DNA of 64,000 nt from Flavobacteriaceae bacterium (GTDB lineage: Bacteria; Bacteroidota; Bacteroidia; Flavobacteriales; Flavobacteriaceae), in the NCBI GenBank assembly GCA_002723295.1, contig PBNP01000027.1, forward strand, positions 8,006-72,005, given 5' to 3'. Made by a program: the position numbers and the translations under genes. The first letter of the stretch is position 1. Each line of letters starts with the position of its first letter. This document shows, in pieces, positions 17,761 through 27,525 of this stretch. The notes under the pieces are model-generated. The model was not told the DNA's origin. It made no database searches and worked only from the letters and a program-made list of their open reading frames with translations.

Positions 17761-19782
17761 TTAGTATTTATTAAACCATAGTATTATGTGAGAAATTTTA
17801 CTTATCAAATTACTTGGACGTTTAGCAATACTATGACTAGCCTCTGGTATTTCAACAAAAACTGTAGGAATTTTTCGAAGTTTTAAGGCATGATATAATT
17901 GCTTTGCTTCACTTGGTGGTGTTCTTAAATCTTCCATACCTACCATTACCATTGTTGGAGTTTGAATATTTGCAACTAAAGATAAAGGAGAAAAACCCCA
18001 ATAGTCTTCAAAGTTTTCCCATGGTTGTCCAGGAAATCTAGTGTTTGCATATCCAAAATAATTATCTGCCACAAGAGTTTTACTAATCCAGTTCATTACG
18101 GGTTTAATTACTGCAGATGCTTCAAAACGGTTATTTTTGCCAATAATCCAAGCTGTCATTATTCCACCAGCACTTCCTCCAGTTACATAAAGTTTGTCTT
18201 CATGAGCAATTCCTTTTGAAATAAAATAATCCACACCATCCATAACATCGTTATAGTCCTGTCCAGGGTAATTATGATGTAGTAAATTTGCAAATTCAGC
18301 TCCATAGCTGGTGCTCCCTCGAGGATTAGGATAAAAAACTAGATAGTCATAAGAAGCATAAAGTTGAATTTCTGCAGAAAAACGATTGCCATAATTTGAA
18401 ATTGGACCACCATGATTTTCAACTAAAAATCTATATTTTTTGTTGGGGTTATAATTTGGAGGATAAACAATCCATCCTTGAATTTTTCTCTTATCGAATG
18501 AAGAATTATACCATACACTTTCTACCTTTCCTAAGGTTCTATTCTTAAGAAGAGCATCACTAATATTTGTTATTTTTTTAATATTTCTAGAAGAACTAAT
18601 AAATCTTAATTCTGCAGGATGTGAAGGGAGGGTATATGTATAGGCAATCTCACCATTTATGGAAGTTGAAAACGAACCACCACCATATGGCCGACCAATT
18701 GTTGTTCCACCTAACTGGTTAGCAATTTCTGTAACATTTCCTGATAAATTTATATAAGCAATTTTAGTATCGCCATTTTTATCATAACTGAAATAAAGAC
18801 CTTTACTTTTAGAATCCCAGAAGTATTGATTTATACTTGCATCAATTTTATTGCTTAGTAATTTGCTTTTAGTACCATCAACCAGCATAATATTAAGACT
18901 CATGTTTTGATAAGCCTGAACTTTATCCTCATAACCAACATATGCAATGTATTTTCCATTTGGAGAAATTTTTGGTTTAGCATCAGGACCATTTCTATTA
19001 GTAAGTTGTTTGATTAATTTATTTTCTATAGCAACACTATATACCTCAGAATTCCTAAAATCATATTCCCAATTATCATTTCTATTTGCAGAAAAATAAA
19101 TTTTAGACCCATCTGGTGACCAAGATAGTGGCCCCCTATGATTGTAATTTCCTAATGTTAATTGATTAATACCTGATCCCTGAGCAGAAATAGTAAAAAT
19201 ATGATTAAATCCTGGTTCAATATATCCTTTCCCATCAGCCTCATGATATAGGCGATCAGTAATTCTAGCAGGTTTTGCCCATTTAGCATTTTTTGGTTTT
19301 TTCGGCATTTTAATTAAAATAGGAGGAGAAGACTTCACCTTCATCGTAAAAGCAATATTCATTTCATCTGGTGACCAAGAAAGGTTTGAAGGAGATTCTT
19401 CTAATTGAGATATTCGAGCTAGTTTTCCACTTTTTATCCAATAAATATAAATCTCAGCTCCTTGATCAGTTAAGCTTACAAAAGCTAGTCTATCTCCTGA
19501 GGGCGACCATTTACCTCCATATTCTTGACCTTCATTTAAGGTTAGCTTTTCATGATTAGATCCGTTAGAATCAATAATCCAAAGATTTCCAACGGCTTTA
19601 TCTTTTAGAATATCAAATCGCATTCTGCGATAAACAATTTTATCACCTTTAGGAGTTATCTGAGGATCCAAAACATATTGGAGGTCATAAACATCTAGAT
19701 AATCAAAAGTTTTTTTTTCGTTTTGCGAATAAGTCAAAGAACAACTAAATAAAATCGCAAAAATTGAGATAATGTTTTTCAT
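17761..19782 (-). CDS. S9 family serine peptidase (prolyl oligopeptidase/acylaminoacyl-peptidase-like)
   Basis: N-terminal beta-propeller repeats (WSPSGDRLAF, WSPDGSKIYF, ISPNGKYIAY). C-terminal hydrolase domain with a GGSAGG nucleophile elbow. Confidence 0.8.
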   Translation of the reverse strand: MKNIISIFAILFSCSLTYSQNEKKTFDYLDVYDLQYVLDPQITPKGDKIVYRRMRFDILKDKAVGNLWIIDSNGSNHEKLTLNEGQEYGGKWSPSGDRLAFVSLTDQGAEIYIYWIKSGKLARISQLEESPSNLSWSPDEMNIAFTMKVKSSPPILIKMPKKPKNAKWAKPARITDRLYHEADGKGYIEPGFNHIFTISAQGSGINQLTLGNYNHRGPLSWSPDGSKIYFSANRNDNWEYDFRNSEVYSVAIENKLIKQLTNRNGPDAKPKISPNGKYIAYVGYEDKVQAYQNMSLNIMLVDGTKSKLLSNKIDASINQYFWDSKSKGLYFSYDKNGDTKIAYINLSGNVTEIANQLGGTTIGRPYGGGSFSTSINGEIAYTYTLPSHPAELRFISSSRNIKKITNISDALLKNRTLGKVESVWYNSSFDKRKIQGWIVYPPNYNPNKKYRFLVENHGGPISNYGNRFSAEIQLYASYDYLVFYPNPRGSTSYGAEFANLLHHNYPGQDYNDVMDGVDYFISKGIAHEDKLYVTGGSAGGIMTAWIIGKNNRFEASAVIKPVMNWISKTLVADNYFGYANTRFPGQPWENFEDYWGFSPLSLVANIQTPTMVMVGMEDLRTPPSEAKQLYHALKLRKIPTVFVEIPEASHSIAKRPSNLISKISHIILWFNKY

Positions 19783-19794
19783 AATTATTTTAAT

Positions 19795-22011
19795 TTATTT
19801 TTTCTTTTTACCAATTACATCAAATTGATAACTGTATTTTATACTGATAATTTGATTATTTAAGTTATCAAATAAATCTTTATCCTTTACTACGTTCAAA
19901 ACTACAAAAAGACCCGTATTGGCATTCTTGAGCCATGCAAATCTTCCATTAACTGATGTTAAATTAGATATATTATTATATTGGATTAAACTTTGCAGAT
20001 ATATTCTTGGTGTAAAATTATAAGTAAATCTAGCTCCTGTAATTAATGCATTTAAAGAACCATTTTCAAGATCTAGCTTATTATATTTTATTGTTAATGT
20101 TGAATATATTTTATCACCAATCCTTAAATTTAATGTGTTGTTACTTGAGATTCTATTTCCTCCAAAGTATCCACCTATAATTGTCCTTGTGTAGTAATAA
20201 AATTTGTTATTTGGATTTGTCATAATTACTAGCTGGAACTCTTGATGACTATAATTACCTTTAGGAACAATTAGTCCAGAAATTGAAAAATCCTCAAGAA
20301 CACCTTCTTTTGTAAAATTAATTCCTGTATGGACTTCAAAGCCGCTTTTCCATACCCAGTGATTATCAATATGTAAAAAACTTGATATGAGTTCATTGTT
20401 AAAACTCCAATAATTATAACCTGATATATGAGGTCTGACTTCAAGAAAATTTCCCATATTTTTAGGTCTCCATTGTTTCCAAATTAAAAATTCAGGTTTT
20501 TTAAATGAATCTCTAAGCAAAAATCCAACTTCTGGTTTAAATCCTTCACCAAGCTCGGTATATGCTCCAAAAATTCTCCATCCATCCCAATTATACTCTG
20601 CCCTCAATTTCATGGCATGATCTTTTATAGTTATACCTGGGGTGGAACTTTTTGAAAGGAATCCACTGATTTGAGCTTTTTTACCTATACCCAATTTTCC
20701 ATCAAGAGCAACAACAGTATTACTGCCCTGAATGTTATTACCATATTTGGATTTATTAATATAGATACCACCAATTGATGATCTAGTTTTAGGAAAGTCA
20801 TGATTAATTCTAGCTACACCAAAATTATTTTTTGCTATCCCTTGAGAAGAAACCTCATCAGTATACATATTTAATAAGCCTATATTAGTTTGTCCTATTT
20901 TACCAGATATTCTTGACCCACCAATAATTGGTACTATTGAACCATCTTCACCTAACCCAATACGTCTACTGAAGAATAGGTCCACTTCACCTGTACTTCC
21001 CACACTAAATTGCCCTGCATTTTCCAAGAAAAAAGCTCTTTTTTCTGGAAAAAAAAGATTAAATCTGTCTATATTAATTTGCTGTTCATCAACTTCTACT
21101 TGGGCAAAGTCAGTATTATAAGTCATATCTAATGTAAGTCCAGGTGTTAGGCTATATTTAACATCTACACCAACTTCTTGATTTGTTCTCCTTGTTTTTG
21201 TTGATTTATCGTTTATATTTTGATTAAGGGCATATGGAATAATTTTTAGATTTTTAGGACTTTTTAAGCTTACACCTTTCATTTTTCCTGCTAAAGAGAG
21301 TCTTTTTAACTCAAAACCAATAGGAAGAAGATTCCAAAAAGCTACTTCACTTGTTTTGCTAATGTTTCTTTGAAAATTTATTCCCCAAGTTTTATCTTTT
21401 CCGCTGCCAAATCTTAAAGTTCTAAGTGGTATTAAAAATTCAGCACTCCAGCCATAATTTCCAGTTTCAGTCTTAACTTCCCATGAGGCATCCCAATTCA
21501 CATTAGTTCCCCCTATAACACCTCTTCCTGATTGCATATTACCTTCACCTTCATTGTCTATTTGAGCATCATATTCCATCCCATTTGAATTTGTTCCAAA
21601 CAAAAAACCGTTTTGCTGATCATTATATGTATCAACTATAAAAAGGAAACTATCCTCATCATTTAAATTAGAATCTCTCCTTGAGTCTGAAACAACAATT
21701 TTTTCAGGCTCCTTATCAAAACAAACAACGCCAACATAAAGTGTATTGGAAGTAAAAGCAATTCTGATTTCAGTTTCTTCTGAAGCAGGAGTTCCGTAAA
21801 TAGGTCTCATTTGAAAAAGTCTTGTTATTGGCTTTATTGAAGACCATGCAGGATCTGAAATAACATTTCCATCAAGAGTAGGTTCTTCATTTAAATATGA
21901 GGCGTTAAAATGGATTTGATTAACTGGAATTTTGGTTTGTCCAAATAATTGAACTTTAAAGAAAAACAGACAAATTCCGAAAAAAATGAATGTATGAGCT
22001 CTAAATTTCAT
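19795..22011 (-). CDS. DUF5916 / CBM9-like domain outer-membrane-associated protein
   Basis: 738 aa with signal peptide. The N-terminal EEPTLDGNVISDPAWS ... IAFTSNTLYVGVVCFD block resembles, from memory, the CBM9-like domain that precedes DUF5916. The remainder is beta-rich. Confidence 0.55.
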   Translation of the reverse strand: MKFRAHTFIFFGICLFFFKVQLFGQTKIPVNQIHFNASYLNEEPTLDGNVISDPAWSSIKPITRLFQMRPIYGTPASEETEIRIAFTSNTLYVGVVCFDKEPEKIVVSDSRRDSNLNDEDSFLFIVDTYNDQQNGFLFGTNSNGMEYDAQIDNEGEGNMQSGRGVIGGTNVNWDASWEVKTETGNYGWSAEFLIPLRTLRFGSGKDKTWGINFQRNISKTSEVAFWNLLPIGFELKRLSLAGKMKGVSLKSPKNLKIIPYALNQNINDKSTKTRRTNQEVGVDVKYSLTPGLTLDMTYNTDFAQVEVDEQQINIDRFNLFFPEKRAFFLENAGQFSVGSTGEVDLFFSRRIGLGEDGSIVPIIGGSRISGKIGQTNIGLLNMYTDEVSSQGIAKNNFGVARINHDFPKTRSSIGGIYINKSKYGNNIQGSNTVVALDGKLGIGKKAQISGFLSKSSTPGITIKDHAMKLRAEYNWDGWRIFGAYTELGEGFKPEVGFLLRDSFKKPEFLIWKQWRPKNMGNFLEVRPHISGYNYWSFNNELISSFLHIDNHWVWKSGFEVHTGINFTKEGVLEDFSISGLIVPKGNYSHQEFQLVIMTNPNNKFYYYTRTIIGGYFGGNRISSNNTLNLRIGDKIYSTLTIKYNKLDLENGSLNALITGARFTYNFTPRIYLQSLIQYNNISNLTSVNGRFAWLKNANTGLFVVLNVVKDKDLFDNLNNQIISIKYSYQFDVIGKKKK

Positions 22012-22091
22012 TTACGAATCTTTTAGACATGTAACGAAAATACTTATTTAAAGGTGAAAATTTATATATTAATAGAATAATTAATAAGTAT

Positions 22092-23528
22092 ATGAAAAAT
22101 TATAGTAGACGAAAATTTTTAAAAACATCTAGTCTCTCTGCTGCTTCTGCTGTTGCAGTTTCTGGCTTAATTAACAATTCTTGTAAAGATCAAAACATTT
22201 CAGATTCACTTGGCAAATATATGGGTGGATATGCTGCGCCTAAGTTAAAAAACATAAGAGTTGCATTTATTGGATTAGGTTATAGAGGAACTGGTCATTT
22301 GTCCTATTTTGGTGGCCTTCCAGGAACAGAAGTTGTTGCTATTAGTGATCTCTATCAAGATAATATTGAAAGATCGCATGCTCTTCTTATTGAAAAATAT
22401 GGGAAAGAGAGATTTACTGATATCAAAAAATATTGGGGTGATGAAAATAAATGGAAAAAAATGTTAAAGGAGAACAAACCAGACATTGTATTTATATCAA
22501 CTAATTGGATTAACCATGCTCCAATGGCAATTAAATCAATGGAAAATAATGCACATGCATTTGTTGAGGTTCCTATGGCTACTACAATTGAAGACATGTG
22601 GAAAATTGTTAATATGTCTGAAAAAAAACAAAAGCATTGTATGATGTTGGAGAACGTAAATTATTTTCGAGCAGAAATGATGTTTCTAAATATGATTCGA
22701 CAGAATTTTATTGGTGAATTACAACATGCTGAAGCTGCTTATATTCATGATTTAAGAGGACAAATGAATCAAGAAGATAGAGGGACAGGTTCCTGGAGAA
22801 CATTGCATTATGCCAATAGTAAGGGTAATTTATATCCAACACATGGTTTAGGGCCGGTTGCTCAGTACATGAATTTAGCTAGAACTGAAGATACATTCAA
22901 AAGTATAGTATCCTATTCTTCCCCTTCGATGGGAAGAAAGCTTTATGCTGAAAAAAACTATCCAAAAAATCATAAATGGAATAAGCTTGATTATCAAAAT
23001 GGCGATTTAAATACTTCTATTATAAAAACTCAGCTTGGAAGAACTATATTAGTACAATGGGATGAAACTAGCCCTAGACCTTATAGTAGAATTAACTTAA
23101 TTCAAGGAACAAAAGGTGTCTTATCAGGTCATGATTTATATACTGGAAAGGAGAATAAGCATAATAATCCCGTAAGGATTGCTTTAGATGGAGGTGTTGA
23201 TGGAATAACTGATTCTTCTCATTCATGGGTGTCTGGAAAAAATCTTCAGGAGATTATTGAAAAATATGATCATCCTTTTTGGAAAAGATTGAAAAATTCA
23301 GCTAAAGGAAGTGATCATGGTGGTTCAGATGGAATAATGCTTTCAAGAATTGCAGAATGTTTACATAATGGAATACCTCTTGATCAAAATGTTTATGAGG
23401 GATGTTTTTGGAGTTCTGTGACTCCTCTAACTGCAAAATCAATTGAACAGAATGGAGCTCCTCAATTATTTCCTGATTTTACTAGAGGTAATTGGAAGAC
23501 TACAAAGCCTTTAGAAATAGTATCTTGA
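22092..23528 (+). CDS. GH109-like NAD-dependent glycosidase (Gfo/Idh/MocA fold), Tat-exported
   Basis: Tat motif SRRKFLKTSS and Rossmann start VAFIGLGYRGTGH. The blocks LYPTHGLGP, YDHPFWK, DHGGSDG and FPDFTRGNWK match my recollection of alpha-N-acetylgalactosaminidase GH109. Confidence 0.7.
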   Translation: MKNYSRRKFLKTSSLSAASAVAVSGLINNSCKDQNISDSLGKYMGGYAAPKLKNIRVAFIGLGYRGTGHLSYFGGLPGTEVVAISDLYQDNIERSHALLIEKYGKERFTDIKKYWGDENKWKKMLKENKPDIVFISTNWINHAPMAIKSMENNAHAFVEVPMATTIEDMWKIVNMSEKKQKHCMMLENVNYFRAEMMFLNMIRQNFIGELQHAEAAYIHDLRGQMNQEDRGTGSWRTLHYANSKGNLYPTHGLGPVAQYMNLARTEDTFKSIVSYSSPSMGRKLYAEKNYPKNHKWNKLDYQNGDLNTSIIKTQLGRTILVQWDETSPRPYSRINLIQGTKGVLSGHDLYTGKENKHNNPVRIALDGGVDGITDSSHSWVSGKNLQEIIEKYDHPFWKRLKNSAKGSDHGGSDGIMLSRIAECLHNGIPLDQNVYEGCFWSSVTPLTAKSIEQNGAPQLFPDFTRGNWKTTKPLEIVS

Positions 23529-23594
23529 TTAATTGTTATCTATAAGAAAATAAGTTAGTAAATTTACTGTTCGCAGTTACTTCTAAAAATAAAT

Positions 23595-25499
23595 ATGTCA
23601 GATATTTCTAAATCTATAAACCATAAGGTTCCAGGTAGGGATGAGGCTACACGTTTTGAAAAGATACATAATGTATGTTTTACATCTGTTAAAGAAGGTT
23701 CTAGAATGGTAGCTTTAGAAATTGCAAATGCAATAAAATCATGCTCAAAAAAGCATTATATTTTAGGGTTGGCAACAGGCTCTTCACCAATAGGTGTATA
23801 TAAGGAATTAATTAGACTTCATAAAAATGAAGGCCTTAGTTTTAAAAAGGTCATAACCTTTAATTTGGATGAGTATTTTCCAATTAAAAAAACAAATGAA
23901 AAAAGTTATAATTCATTTATGTTTAATCATTTGTTTTCTCAAATAGATATTTTAAAGAAAAACATTCATATACCCAATGGAGAAATAAATGAAAAAGATA
24001 TATCTAGATATTGTAATCAATACGAGAAAAAAATCATCTCATATGGCGGATTAGACTTTCAATTGCTTGGAATAGGAAGGACTGCACATATAGGATTTAA
24101 TGAACCTGGTTCACATAAAAACTCATTAACTCGAATTGTAAATTTAGATTACATTACCAAGGAAGATGCTTCAGCTGAATTTAATGGAATTAGTTTGGTT
24201 CCTTCTAAAGCAATTACAATGGGAATAAGAACTATATTAAATGCTAAGAGAATTGTTTTATTGGCTTGGGGACACAAAAAATTAAAGGTAGTATCAAAAT
24301 CAATAGAAGGAAGTGAAGATCGAGCTTTTCCAGCTAGTTTTTTACAATCACATCCAAACACAACTTTCATATTAGATAAAGAATCAAGTGCTGGTTTAAT
24401 TAAATTTAAAACTCCTTGGTTAGTTAAAGATTGCATTTGGGATGATAGTTTAAAAAAGAAAGCAATTACTTGGTTAAGTAAAAAAACTAATGTTCCAATT
24501 TTAAAACTTACAAAGCAAGATTACAATGAAAATGGACTTGCTAGTTTAGTTTTATCTAGTGGCTCAGTATATGATTTGAATATCTGGATGTTTAATAAAC
24601 TTCAAAGAACTATTACAGGATGGCCAGGAGGTAAACCAAACACAGAAGATATAGACAGACCAGAAAGAGCTAAACCTTCTAAAAAGCGCGTAATTATTTT
24701 TAGCCCTCATCCTGATGATGATGTTATTTCAATGGGTGGCACATTAACCCGTCTCGTTGATCAAGGACATGATGTACATATAGCTTATCAGACATCAGGA
24801 AATATCGGAGTAAGTGATAAAGAAGTTCTTAAGTATCTTGAGGTTGCGCAGTCATCTTTCTCAAAAGAAAACAGGGAATTGAAAAAGGCAATAAATAGTT
24901 TAAGACTGAAAAAGAATAATAATTTGATTTTAGATATAAAATCAGCTATAAGAAGAAGTGAAAGCTATGCTGCTTCATGGTATTTAGGTTTAGAAAAAAA
25001 TAAGTTACATTTTTTAAATTTACCGTTTTATGAGTCTGGTAAAATTAAAAAGAAAGATCCTACATCAAAAGATATTAAAATAACTAAGAACATAATTAAA
25101 GAAATTAAACCACATCAAATTTTTGCTGCTGGAGATTTGGCTGACCCTCATGGAACGCATAGAGTATGTTTAAATATTTTACTTTTATCTCTTAAAGAAA
25201 TGAAATCAGAATCATTTATTAATTCATGCTGGTTATGGTTGTATAGAGGAGCATGGGAGGAATGGGATATTGTAGATATAGAAATGGCTGTACCAATGAG
25301 TCCTAGTCAAGTTCTCCAGAAAAGAAATGCTATATTATTTCATCAATCCCAAAAGGATAAGGTTATGTTTCAAGGAGAAGATAATAGAGAATTTTGGTTA
25401 CGTGCAGAGCAACGAAACAAAAAAAATGCTAAACTATATAACAAATTAGGAATGGCAGAATATGAAGCTATGGAAGGATTTAAAAGATATCATTTTTAA
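23595..25499 (+). CDS. nagB: long-form glucosamine-6-phosphate deaminase fused to a LmbE/PIG-L-like deacetylase domain
   Basis: The N-terminal half has LGLATGSSP, NLDEY and IGRTAHIGFNEPGS (NagB/6-PGL fold). The C-terminal half has SPHPDDDVISMGG and DPHGTHRV (PIG-L family zinc motifs). Confidence 0.8.
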   Translation: MSDISKSINHKVPGRDEATRFEKIHNVCFTSVKEGSRMVALEIANAIKSCSKKHYILGLATGSSPIGVYKELIRLHKNEGLSFKKVITFNLDEYFPIKKTNEKSYNSFMFNHLFSQIDILKKNIHIPNGEINEKDISRYCNQYEKKIISYGGLDFQLLGIGRTAHIGFNEPGSHKNSLTRIVNLDYITKEDASAEFNGISLVPSKAITMGIRTILNAKRIVLLAWGHKKLKVVSKSIEGSEDRAFPASFLQSHPNTTFILDKESSAGLIKFKTPWLVKDCIWDDSLKKKAITWLSKKTNVPILKLTKQDYNENGLASLVLSSGSVYDLNIWMFNKLQRTITGWPGGKPNTEDIDRPERAKPSKKRVIIFSPHPDDDVISMGGTLTRLVDQGHDVHIAYQTSGNIGVSDKEVLKYLEVAQSSFSKENRELKKAINSLRLKKNNNLILDIKSAIRRSESYAASWYLGLEKNKLHFLNLPFYESGKIKKKDPTSKDIKITKNIIKEIKPHQIFAAGDLADPHGTHRVCLNILLLSLKEMKSESFINSCWLWLYRGAWEEWDIVDIEMAVPMSPSQVLQKRNAILFHQSQKDKVMFQGEDNREFWLRAEQRNKKNAKLYNKLGMAEYEAMEGFKRYHF

Positions 25500-25501
25500 T
25501 T

Positions 25502-26203
25502 ATGAGAGGGGTTACTTTTTTTCTTTTTGTATTTTTTATTTTTAGTTCATGTAATACAAACAATGAATGGATTTATCTTTTTGATGGATTAACTACCAAT
25601 GGTTGGCGCGGATATAATCTTGAAGCTATGCCTCCTGGATGGATTGTAAAAGAGGGAAGTTTGACTTTTGAGACTGAATTAAGATTAGAGTCTGATTATA
25701 AAGGAGGCGGAAACATCATCTATGTTCTTGAAGAATCTGATAATTTCGAATTATATCTAGAATGGAAGTTGCCAGATAGTGGAAACAGTGGAGTTTTTTA
25801 TCATCTCAAAGAAGGATACCAAGACCCTTCAATTGTATCTCCAGAATATCAATTATTGGATGATTTAAAATGGGAAGAAATAAATAATGCAAAATTAGAA
25901 GATTGGCAAAAAACAGCTTCTGATTATGCCATGTATAGTGCTGAAGGACCAGATAAAATTATTAAACCTGCAGGTGAATGGAACTCGACTCGAATAATTT
26001 TTACACCTAAAAAGGTAGAACATTGGTTAAATGGAAAACTGGTTGTTTCCTTTGTTCCATGGTCTGATGATTGGTATAACAGAAAACAATCTGGCAAATG
26101 GAAAAACTCACCAGATTATGGGAGTTTTAAAAAGGGTTTCATTGGACTTCAAGACCATGATAGCCCACTTTGGTTTAGAGAGATTAAAATAAAAAAACTG
26201 TGA
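25502..26203 (+). CDS. DUF1080 (3-keto-disaccharide hydrolase-like) protein, exported
   Basis: Signal/lipobox FSSC. Shows GWRGY, GWIVKEGSL, NSGVFY, EYQLLDD and the C-terminal GFIGLQDHDSPLWFREIKIKKL typical of DUF1080. Confidence 0.75.
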   Translation: MRGVTFFLFVFFIFSSCNTNNEWIYLFDGLTTNGWRGYNLEAMPPGWIVKEGSLTFETELRLESDYKGGGNIIYVLEESDNFELYLEWKLPDSGNSGVFYHLKEGYQDPSIVSPEYQLLDDLKWEEINNAKLEDWQKTASDYAMYSAEGPDKIIKPAGEWNSTRIIFTPKKVEHWLNGKLVVSFVPWSDDWYNRKQSGKWKNSPDYGSFKKGFIGLQDHDSPLWFREIKIKKL

Positions 26204-27525
26204 ATAAAAGAACATTTATTAAAACTAGTGGAATACTTGCTTCAATACCTTTTTTAAGTTCCTTTGGTTGGGGGATTTTTGAATCAAAAAAGCTAAGAAC
26301 AGCTCATATTGGCGTGGGCGGAATGGGAGCCGAGGACTTAAATAGAATTGCTTCTCACAAATCTGTTGATATTCACGCTTTGTGTGATGTGGATTCAAAC
26401 AATTTAAATAAAGCTAAATCTTTATTCCCAGAAGCTAAAACCTTTTCTGATTATAGAGTAATGTTAAAAGAAATTGGAGATCAAATTGATGCAGTAATAG
26501 TATCAACACCAGATCATTCTCATGCTCCAGTATCTTTAATGGCTATGAATTTGGGCAAGGCAGTTTATTGCCAAAAACCTCTAACTCATCATGTTTCAGA
26601 GGCTAGAGAGATGGCAAGGTTAGCTAAGAAGAAAAAACTGATAACTCAAATGGGTATTCAAGTTCATTCATTTTATGATTATAAGTTAGCTACATTGTTG
26701 ATTCAATCTGGCATAATTGGTAAAGTTAGTCGTGTTCGCGCATGGTCCCCAAAAAATTGGGGTTATGATGGGCCAAAACCCATTGAGTATGATCCTATCC
26801 CATCAAATTTAGACTGGAATTTATGGCTTGGAACTTCAAAAAAACATGGATATAAAAATAATATGTATCATCCTGGTAACTGGAGAAAGTTAATCGATTT
26901 TGGATGTGGAACTTTAGGAGATATGGGGGTTCATATTTTTGATACACCATATAATGCATTAGCACTTGATGTACCTAAAACAATAAAGAATGAGTGTAGG
27001 CAACCTAATGAATTTGGTTTCCCTGAAAAAAATAAGGTCACTTATGTTTTTCCAGGAACTGATTTCACCGAAGATGAGCTTAAGTGGGTTTGGTATGATG
27101 GAGTTGGATCCCCATCTAAACATGCAGATTTACAATTACCAGATAATGTTCAATTACATGACCAAGGAGCTATTTTTATTGGTTCAAAGGGGAGACTTTA
27201 TTTACCGCACTTTATGAAAGAGCCAAAATTAATTGTTGATGGGAAATATAAACAGATTGATATTGAAAAGTTTAACATGGGAGTTCCAATTAGAAACTAT
27301 GAATCAGAAAGCCCTAAACATTATCATGAATTTATAGATGCTTGTCTAGGTAAAGGAAAATGCTCAGCACCTTTTTCATATTCTTCAAAGCTTACTGAAA
27401 CAATTCTTTTGGGTGTTATTGCTGGAAGGTTTCCAGGAAAAACATTGCATTGGAATAGTATTTTAGGAGAGTTTTTGGAGAAAGATGCTAATAAATTTAT
27501 TAATGGTAGTTATCGAAATTTTTAG
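26200..27525 (+). CDS. Gfo/Idh/MocA-family NAD(P)-dependent oxidoreductase, exported (Tat-like leader)
   Basis: GTG start overlapping the previous stop. Shows the KRTFIKTSG leader, a Rossmann HIGVGGMGAEDL, STPDHSHAP and CQKPL blocks. Confidence 0.75.
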   Translation: MNKRTFIKTSGILASIPFLSSFGWGIFESKKLRTAHIGVGGMGAEDLNRIASHKSVDIHALCDVDSNNLNKAKSLFPEAKTFSDYRVMLKEIGDQIDAVIVSTPDHSHAPVSLMAMNLGKAVYCQKPLTHHVSEAREMARLAKKKKLITQMGIQVHSFYDYKLATLLIQSGIIGKVSRVRAWSPKNWGYDGPKPIEYDPIPSNLDWNLWLGTSKKHGYKNNMYHPGNWRKLIDFGCGTLGDMGVHIFDTPYNALALDVPKTIKNECRQPNEFGFPEKNKVTYVFPGTDFTEDELKWVWYDGVGSPSKHADLQLPDNVQLHDQGAIFIGSKGRLYLPHFMKEPKLIVDGKYKQIDIEKFNMGVPIRNYESESPKHYHEFIDACLGKGKCSAPFSYSSKLTETILLGVIAGRFPGKTLHWNSILGEFLEKDANKFINGSYRNF

